A DNA stretch of 64,000 bases from an uncultured Flavobacterium sp. (GTDB taxonomy: Bacteria > Bacteroidota > Bacteroidia > Flavobacteriales > Flavobacteriaceae): assembly GCA_963513545.1 (NCBI GenBank), contig CAUPQW010000001.1, positions 298,194 to 362,193 on the forward strand. The letters are read 5' to 3'. This document shows, piece by piece, positions 48,819 to 56,800 of this stretch. The stretch's first letter is position 1; every line of letters starts with the position of its first letter. The notes below the pieces were generated by a model. That model did no database searches, was not told the origin of the DNA, and saw only the letters and a program-made list of their open reading frames with translations. Both the position numbers and the translations under genes were made by a program.

Positions 48819-49691
48819 TTGAACCCCGCCTACCTAAATAACGTAATGGACCAATTGGAGGGGCAGATTGCTTCTGCAAAAATTGCCATGGCAAGGCTTT
48901 CCTCACCACAATTGTATTATGTTTTGTCCGGCAGCGATTTCACATTGGACATCAATAATCCGGACGATCCTAAGATCGTATGTATGGGTAATAATCCGCA
49001 GAAAATCCAGATTTATGGAGCTGTATTGTCACTTTACGTAAACCGATTGGTAAAGCAGGTAAACCAAAAAAACAAACAGAAAAGCAGTTTGATATTCGAT
49101 GAATTTCCAACTATTTATCTTAACAATATGGACAGTCTAATTGCAACTGCAAGAAGTAATAAAGTGGCAACCTGTTTGGGTATTCAGGATTTTAGCCAGC
49201 TCCGTAAAGACTATGGACGAGAACAGGCGGATGTTATTATGAATATTGTTGGGAACATTGTCAGCGGGCAGGTTACTGGGGATACTGCCAAACAATTATC
49301 AGAGCGTTTTGGGAAAATTATGCAGGACAGGGAAAGCCTTTCGATTAATAGTGGGGATACGTCAATCAGCCGCTCCAAACAATTGGAATCAGCAGTACCG
49401 CCGTCCAAAATTTCCGGACTTAGTTCCGGTGAGTTTGTAGGTATGGTAGCCGATGATCCGGATTGTAAAATCGAACTCAAAACATTTCATTCTGAAATAA
49501 TTAATGACCATCAGGCGTTGAAAATCGAACAGGATAATTACGTCGATATTCCTGTCATTCGAAAAGTCGATAATGCGATGGTACAGCGAAATTATCTGCA
49601 GATAAAAAAGGATATCAAGGATATCATTTATGCTGAAAAGGAAAGACTGTTGAATGATATTGAATTGAGCCATCTGGTAATTAAGAAATGA
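48804..49691 (+). pseudogene. 5'-truncated type IV secretion coupling protein (Bacteroidota TraG/TraD-type T4CP), C-terminal ~295 aa only
   Basis: LIFDEFPTIYLNNMDSLIATARSNKVATCLGIQDFSQLRKDYGREQADVIMNIVGNIVSGQVTGDTAKQLSERFGK is the conserved C-terminal ATPase part. No Walker A or TM N-terminal half. The frame opens only at 48798 after a TAG, and the only available start is a TTG. Confidence 0.7.
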
Positions 49692-50689
49692 TAATAAATA
49701 AAAACTTAAACTTAGAAATAATGATACAGGAACAATTTATCGATATAATCCAATTAATAAAACAATCCAGATCAAAAGCTATTGCTGCTGTTAATACTGA
49801 AATGATTAATCTGTACTGGAATATAGGACAGTATATTCATAATCGTATAGAAACAGCAGAGTGGGGAAAATCAGTCGTAAAAGAACTGGCTGATTTTTTA
49901 CAGAAAAGCGAACCTGATTTAAAAGGATTTTCCGATAAAAATCTTTGGAGGATGAAGCAATTTTATGAATCATACAGAGGCTATCCAAAACTCTCAACAG
50001 TGTTGAGAGAAATTAGCTGGTCACATAATCTTGCTATTTTTTCAAGATGTAAAACGATACAAGAAAAAGAGTTTTATCTGAAGTTAGCAAAGCAAGAAAA
50101 CTATAGTTTTAGGGAATTGGATCGACAGATTTCTTCCAGTCTTTATGAAAGAACTATGTTAGGTAATGCAAAACTCTCAACAGTGTTGAGAGAAATTCAT
50201 CCGGAGGCTCTAAATGCCTTTAAAGACAGTTATATTTTTGATTTTTTAAACCTTGTAGAGCCACATAAGGAGGGAGATCTACAGAAAGGACTGATAAAAC
50301 AAATGAAAAATTTTATCTTGGAATTGGGTAAAGATTTTTTATTTGTAGAAGAAGAATATAAAATTCAGGTCGGTAATAGTGATTTTTTTATTGACTTGTT
50401 ATTCTATCATAGGGGATTACAATGCCTTGTAATATTTGAGTTAAAATCTGATAAATTTAAACCTGAGCATTTAGGACAACTTAATTTTTATCTGGAAGCA
50501 CTTGATCGTGATGTAAAAAAAGAAAACGAAAATTCAAGTATTGGTATTTTATTATGCAAAGACCAAGACCACGCAGTGGTAGAATATGCTTTAAGCAGAA
50601 GTCTTTCTCCAACCATGGTTGCAGAATATAAGGTTCAACTTCCGGACAAACAATTGCTAATGCAAAAAATGCAAGAATTATTAAAATAA
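49688..50689 (+). CDS. DUF1016/YhcG-like PD-(D/E)xK nuclease family protein
   Basis: The N-terminal helical part (INLYWNIGQYIHNRI, FSDKNLWRMKQFYESY) and the C-terminal core (FIDLLFYHRGLQCLVIFELKSDKFKPEHLGQLNFY) fit the YhcG pattern. The ATG overlaps the upstream stop (ATGA). Confidence 0.7.
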   Translation: MIINKNLNLEIMIQEQFIDIIQLIKQSRSKAIAAVNTEMINLYWNIGQYIHNRIETAEWGKSVVKELADFLQKSEPDLKGFSDKNLWRMKQFYESYRGYPKLSTVLREISWSHNLAIFSRCKTIQEKEFYLKLAKQENYSFRELDRQISSSLYERTMLGNAKLSTVLREIHPEALNAFKDSYIFDFLNLVEPHKEGDLQKGLIKQMKNFILELGKDFLFVEEEYKIQVGNSDFFIDLLFYHRGLQCLVIFELKSDKFKPEHLGQLNFYLEALDRDVKKENENSSIGILLCKDQDHAVVEYALSRSLSPTMVAEYKVQLPDKQLLMQKMQELLK

Positions 50690-50938
50690 AAGTTATGATG
50701 ACTAAAGTAACTAAAAAAAACTCAATTAGATATTTCTATTTCTTCTAGATTGATATCTGCTAAAGGAATTTATTGAGTTGTGATTAAAAAAAGGCTTATA
50801 ATATTATAAATATGGCTCATTTGTAACTAATCATATTTTTTTGACATTATTTAAGTACTTTACATTGTAATTAACCAATAAATTGGAGTAGGCAATAAAA
50901 AAGATAAAACCTTATTTGATTTTAAACAAAATAAATTG

Positions 50939-51379
50939 ATGAATAATAATTTTAATACAATATTATCAACTTTAATGACTGAGTCAATTAATCTTTTAAA
51001 AAATAATTCATCGCAAAGAAGAAAGAGGATAAATAGATTAAGTGCATTAAAAGAGTCATATGTGAAATTTGATAAATTTGATAAATTTGAAACTGATTTC
51101 GAAAAGGATTTTATAGAAGTAGAATTAAAAGAAACCTGCTTCTTTATAATATCTGGAATAGAAACTAACTACACATCAATTCCCATGTATTTGGAATTAA
51201 AAAAGAAATTAGGTTTAAATTTCAGCTGGGTGCATATTAAAAGAGCACAACAACACTTTGACTTGAAAGGTGATATAATTAAAATCAATTTAAATAAGTT
51301 TGAAAAACATTATAGTAACTTCACTTTAATTTCCTTTCCTATTATTTTGTTGATGCAATCATTTAATGTGCCTATTTAA
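50939..51379 (+). CDS. hypothetical protein in a very AT-rich segment
   Basis: ORF only (146 aa from the ATG). The C-terminus becomes hydrophobic just before the stop. Confidence 0.4.
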   Translation: MNNNFNTILSTLMTESINLLKNNSSQRRKRINRLSALKESYVKFDKFDKFETDFEKDFIEVELKETCFFIISGIETNYTSIPMYLELKKKLGLNFSWVHIKRAQQHFDLKGDIIKINLNKFEKHYSNFTLISFPIILLMQSFNVPI

Positions 51380-51583
51380 ATCAAAAATATAAATTAAATG
51401 GAATTTTAGATTATATAATAGTAGTATCCACTTTGATTATACCTTTAATGTTAGCCTATTTGTTTGTAGCTAGTGCTGATTCTATTTTAACAGCTAGAAA
51501 AATAGAAAAAAGATTACAATTTGTAGACTTAAATGGAGAATAAATAATAAGTTGATATTAGACATCTAATTTGAAACTTCTTA

Positions 51584-51626
51584 TTAGTAATTGCTTAAAA
51601 TTAAATAATTTTTAAGCAATTACTAA
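51584..51626. promoter_or_regulatory. perfect 17-bp inverted repeat upstream of the toxin operon
   Basis: Arms ttagtaattgcttaaaa and ttttaagcaattactaa with a 9-nt spacer, about 145 bp upstream of the -7 box. Operator or terminator role unknown. Confidence 0.35.
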
Positions 51627-51771
51627 AAAAGGAGGTAGTTAATTTCTTTTTTAGAATTTTAATTTTCTTATAATGAAAAATATATTTTTCATTCAGGATA
51701 ATACTTTATTAATCGTAAGATTTTTATTTGTCATTAAATAAATATTTGCTTGTCAGTTAATTATAAAATAC

Positions 51772-51779
51772 TATTTTTG
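51772..51779 (+). promoter_or_regulatory. -7 promoter box for the Fn3 / SprB-repeat / toxin operon
   Basis: TATTTTTG (TAnnTTTG) lies 33 nt upstream of the ATG at 51812. Confidence 0.4.
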
Positions 51780-51811
51780 CGTTTTTTTAACATGGAAATA
51801 ATTACATATTA

Positions 51812-53878
51812 ATGTCAAAAAGCAAGCTTCTTTTTTTGTTCTTATTATTTATATCACTATCATATTCTCAGGCTAAACGTGCTACTGTCATGGTCAATGC
51901 CAGAGCTCAAAAAGATAAAATTTTGATTCGTTGGGCTGTTAATTCCCCTGCTGAATGGCAAAAAGCGAATAAAAAAGGATTTATACTTACCAGAACCACA
52001 GTATTACGAGATGGTAATGTTTTACCAAAACCTGAAAAAATTCTTCTTACTCCAAAAGCATTAGTAGCGGAACCTTTGAACGCCTGGCTTGATCTGGTAC
52101 AAAAAGATAATAATGCAGCTATTATAGCACAATCTATTTATGGAGAAAGTTTTGAGGTAACTTCTGCAAAAGAAGGAGATTTGTCAAAAATAGTAAATAT
52201 GGCAGATGAACTGAATCAGCGATATACATTTGCTTTGTATGCAGCCGATATGAGTTTTACCGGTGCGGTAAAAGCGGGCTGGGGATTTGTAGATACCAAT
52301 GTAAAGAAAAATGAAGTCTATGCTTATCAGGTAAGTGTTTTTGAAAGCCCAAAAGTTAAGGAATCATCTTACATGATAGGCTTAAAAGATTATAGTGCAC
52401 TTCCGGCTCCAACTGATTTTATTGCAGTTCCCGACGACAAAAAAGTATTACTTTCCTGGGATTACGAAACCTTTAAAAGAATTTATACCTCTTATATGGT
52501 CGAAAAATCTTCTGATGGAATCAATTTTAATCCCATAGCAACTACGCCTTTAGTAAACTTGAATGATAAAGACGAACATCCGTCAAAAACAATGTATTAT
52601 ATTGATACCCTTAGTGTAAACGATAAGATCTATCAATATCGATTATACGGTATAACTTCATTTGGAGAAAAAGGAGAAGTAACAAAACCAATTACTGCAA
52701 AAGGAGTAGCTGCTATAGTTACAGCGGCAAGGCTTGTAGATTATAATATCATTAATTCAAACGAAGTTAATCTTGAATGGGAATATCCTGTAGCCTCTGA
52801 AGGTTTCATACAAGGGTATGAAATTAATTTAGCGGATAACGATAAAGGTCCCTATAAAATTGTTTCTAAAATTATTCCACCATCCGAGAGAAAACTCAAT
52901 TATAAAGAAAATTTGTACCCCTCTAATTATTTTACAATATCTGTTGTAGGTAAAAATAATCAACGATTAACATCACAAAGTATGTTAGTCCAGCCTGTAG
53001 ATTCTATACCACCTGCAAAACCAATGGGGATCGAAGGAGTAATTGATAGCCTTGGGGTAGTTCGATTAAAATGGAAACCTAATCAGGAAAAAGATTTGCG
53101 AGGATACCGAATTTTAAAAGCCAATAACCCTGATGAAGAGTTTGTTGATATTTATCATCAATCTTATGTTGGTAATGACTATAAAGACAGTGTAAGTCTG
53201 AAGATGACAAACAGTAAGGTATATTATAGAATTGCTGCCGAAGATATGCGTTTTAATATTTCTGACCCATCTGATGTTTTGGTTTTGGATAAACCGGATA
53301 AAATCCCACCAGCAGCACCTATTTTTAAAGACTACGATAATAAAGACGGCAAAGTACATTTAAAATGGATACGAAGTTATAGTGAAGATGTAGTAGGATA
53401 TAGCCTAAGAAGGAGAGAAAAAGGACAAGAAAAGTGGCTGGAAATTAAGCAAATAAATGATACTATCCAGGAATTTACAGATGATAGGGTAGAGAACAAG
53501 AAAACATATCAGTATGCTATTTTGGCAAAGGATAAAAGTAATCTTTGGTCATCGTTAGATCATTCTATCATAACAGTACAGGTTTTAGATTTTACACCAG
53601 TTAAAATAATTACATTTTTACAAGGTGTACCAGACAGGGAAAACAAAAAAATAATCCTGACGTGGAGCTATGCTAAAAACAAAGGCAAAATTACAGGTTT
53701 GAGTATTTATAAAAATATTAAAGGAACGCCACCAACATTGTGGAGAGAATTAAATGGTGATGTTTTTACTTTAGAAGACAAGAATTTAAAGATAAATATG
53801 GAATACGAGTATCACTTGATTCCTGATCTGGAGAATAGCAGCCCTGCAAAAGAAGAAGTTTTAACCGTTGTTTATTAA
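51812..53878 (+). CDS. secreted multi-Fn3-like repeat protein (first gene of the toxin operon)
   Basis: Signal peptide MSKSKLLFLFLLFISLSYSQA. About 6 Fn3-like modules of ~95 aa (KILIRWAV..., KVLLSWDY...YQYRLYGITSFGEKG, VNLEWEYP..., VVRLKWKP...YYRIAAED, KVHLKWIR...YQYAILAKD, KIILTWSY...). No T9SS tail recognised. Confidence 0.8.
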   Translation: MSKSKLLFLFLLFISLSYSQAKRATVMVNARAQKDKILIRWAVNSPAEWQKANKKGFILTRTTVLRDGNVLPKPEKILLTPKALVAEPLNAWLDLVQKDNNAAIIAQSIYGESFEVTSAKEGDLSKIVNMADELNQRYTFALYAADMSFTGAVKAGWGFVDTNVKKNEVYAYQVSVFESPKVKESSYMIGLKDYSALPAPTDFIAVPDDKKVLLSWDYETFKRIYTSYMVEKSSDGINFNPIATTPLVNLNDKDEHPSKTMYYIDTLSVNDKIYQYRLYGITSFGEKGEVTKPITAKGVAAIVTAARLVDYNIINSNEVNLEWEYPVASEGFIQGYEINLADNDKGPYKIVSKIIPPSERKLNYKENLYPSNYFTISVVGKNNQRLTSQSMLVQPVDSIPPAKPMGIEGVIDSLGVVRLKWKPNQEKDLRGYRILKANNPDEEFVDIYHQSYVGNDYKDSVSLKMTNSKVYYRIAAEDMRFNISDPSDVLVLDKPDKIPPAAPIFKDYDNKDGKVHLKWIRSYSEDVVGYSLRRREKGQEKWLEIKQINDTIQEFTDDRVENKKTYQYAILAKDKSNLWSSLDHSIITVQVLDFTPVKIITFLQGVPDRENKKIILTWSYAKNKGKITGLSIYKNIKGTPPTLWRELNGDVFTLEDKNLKINMEYEYHLIPDLENSSPAKEEVLTVVY

Positions 53879-53882
53879 GCTT

Positions 53883-56800
53883 ATGAAGAAAATTTACGTA
53901 TTGATAATTTTATTGGTTTCAGGCTTTTGTTTTAGTCAGGGTGTTGGTGTATATGATGTTAGTTTTAATATAACAGGTATTGATGTAAAAGTAAATATAT
54001 CAGGAAATTGTGGCAGTCGTTTACAATCGTGGCTAATTTTTAGTAATGCTGCTGATCAGTCTTTTTTTTATCAACCAGTTGGTGACGGACAAAATCTTCC
54101 CAGAAATTGGACTGCTACTTTTCCCAGCTCCAATAAACTTACCAAGATTAAATATTATTCTGAGGGAAGGGAATATCATGGAGGGTTGAATTCTGGTTGT
54201 AAAAACGATCACAATAGTACGGAGTCTCAGAATGTTTCATACGGAATTACAGAATATTATATTGGGAATTATTTTACCAGACTTTATAACTTAAGTGCAA
54301 CACTTAAGATCCTTCCTAAACTTCATATAGAAATACCTGCCAATAACATTTTACCAACAACTGACAAGGTTACAATAAAATCCGATACAGGATTTTTGAG
54401 TTCTGAATACAATTGGCAATATTCATTTAATCCTCTTGACTCATCAAGTTGGGTAAGTCTTCCACAATTTAATACGGCAAATATATCGGTAAACGCCTTA
54501 GATGTCTTACCAGTATTGGATGAAACAAGTCATGGGAAAATTGTTTATTTTAGACAAATAGCCTATAATGGGGCTGCGGTTTCAAATCCGGTTCCTTACA
54601 GTATACGTTTATCTGCACCAAAAGTTGCTTCAGCAGTACCTGTTCAGCCAAGTTGTAGTGATACTAATGATGGATTTATAAAACTTGTGTTTGACCGGAC
54701 TTTATATCCCGGCGAACAGTTAAATTATACTTTACTGGACCTTACTACAAATACTCCTACTGATTATAATGGCACATTGTCTATTGCAGCAGATAAATCT
54801 TTTGTCATTTCGGGTTTAAGAAAAGGCAATTATATGCTGCAGCTAATTGGCTTTAAAAATGGATTAAGTACGGCTACTGATGCAGATCGATATGATTTGA
54901 AGTCATTTACAATAGCATCTCCTCCTGTATTGGATTTTACGCTAAACAGCACTGATGTACAATGTTACGGATCTCAGGACGGTACCATAACGATTACTCC
55001 AACCGGAGGAACCCGGACTGTATTAGACAATGATTATTATTCATTAGATAATGGATTGAACTGGGTTGCTTTTCCTAATAATACACCACATACTATTACC
55101 GGTTTGGAACTTGGTACATACAAAGTGAAATTAAAAGATATGAATGGCTGTATTGCTAGAATTCAAACATCAGTAAATGGAGAGATTCAGCTTGGTGATG
55201 ATAAAGTACTGGAAAAAACGATTTCACAACCCGCATCACCATTAACACTCAATTACACATTCAAAAAAGATCCCACCTTTTACGGAGCAGCTAACGGAAA
55301 ATTAACAGCCTCGATAACTGGTGGAACAATCAATGATGATAAATCGTATGAGTACGAATGGAAAAATAGTAATGGTATAGCTTTACTGGCAACAGCACAG
55401 TATAATGCTGCTGATAAAACGTATAATATTACCTTAGATAATGTTCCTGAAGGAGAATACAAACTGACAGTCAAAGATAAAAATTACAGTAATGCTAGTA
55501 ATAAAACAGCTTGTTCGATTATAGAATCATCACAAATATTAACCCAGCCTGATCAAATTATTATTGCTTTAGCAGAAACACAGCCTATTTCCTGTAATAC
55601 TGGAAATTTAGAATCAGATGTAAATAAATTCTCAGACGGAATTTTAAAAGCGACAGTAAGTGGTGGCGTTAAATTTACAGGATCAGCAAATAATGGTTTG
55701 CCTTATAAATTTATCTGGTCAAAATACAATACTGCAACAAATTTATGGGAAGAGTTGACAGATTATAAAACAGATACTGCAGAGAATCTTTCAAAAGGAA
55801 ACTATTCGCTAAACATTACAGATGCGAACGGAATAGTACAAGGAACTTATAACACTACAGATCTAGTAACAGCAGTTCCAACAACAAAAGAAATCGCTGA
55901 ACCCACAAAATTGGAATTGTCATTTACCTCAGAAAATGTTTTCTGTCACCAGGGAAATAATGGTTGGGCTACTGCAACTGTCACCGGAGGAACAGGGGCT
56001 TATACATATACATGGTACAATACGGGTAACGGAACTATTGACCAAAACAAAATAACTCAGTTAACAGCAGGGGAATATTTTGTTGAGGTGACAGATGCAA
56101 AGGGCTGTTTTATAAAAGGTAGTATCAAAATTAGTGAGCCAACGGAAATGGTAAAAATTGACTACGAAGAAATTTTCACGCCTACCTTTTCAGGAGCCAC
56201 TAACGGAAGAATTATAGCCAGGATAACAGGAGGAACACCAAATGATGATCAATCCTATAATTACGAATGGAAAAATGGAGCAGGAGTATTACAAACGACA
56301 ACAGCTGAAATAAAAGACGGCATTTATACCATTACGCTAAATGGTGTTCCTGCCGATGATTATTTTTTAACCATAAAAGACAAGAATTATAACGAAGCAA
56401 TAAATCAAATTATTAATTGTTCGGTCTTAGAGTCAAAAGTGACATTGAATCAGCCTGATCCTTTAAAAGTTGTTTTTGAAATCGTCCGTACTATTTCTTG
56501 TAATACAAGTAACGAGTTCGGAAATGATACAGATACAACACCAAATGACGGTCAGCGTGATGAATCGCAAGATGGTATTTTAACCGCTCATGTTTCAGGA
56601 GGAACTCCGCTGGCATCCTCTGTAAATAATGGATTACCGTATTATTTTTATTGGAAAAAGCAACAGACAGATGGCTCCTGGACCAGCTTACCTGACATTA
56701 CGGGAGAAACAGCTTCGGATCTTTCTCATGGGAATTATGCCTTAAATGTAAAAGACAGAAACGGAATCATGTTAGGAACTTACATCAATAACCAGCTTAC

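Larger units (their letters stand above)
45281..50689. mobile_element. decayed integrative/mobilizable element abutting the ssrA 3' end (right boundary not determined)
   Basis: Serine recombinase at the ssrA junction, a wHTH gene, paralogous module proteins, a truncated T4SS coupling-protein gene and a DUF1016-type nuclease. No second copy of the ssrA 3' end was seen in the window. Confidence 0.55.

Noticed and set aside
53868-53882. Track start (TTG at 53868) for the SprB-repeat gene, overlapping the upstream gene
   Set aside because: The ATG at 53883 gives a clean signal peptide (MKKIYVLIILLVSGFCFSQG) and lies 4 nt after the upstream stop. The TTG extension adds only MFIKL.
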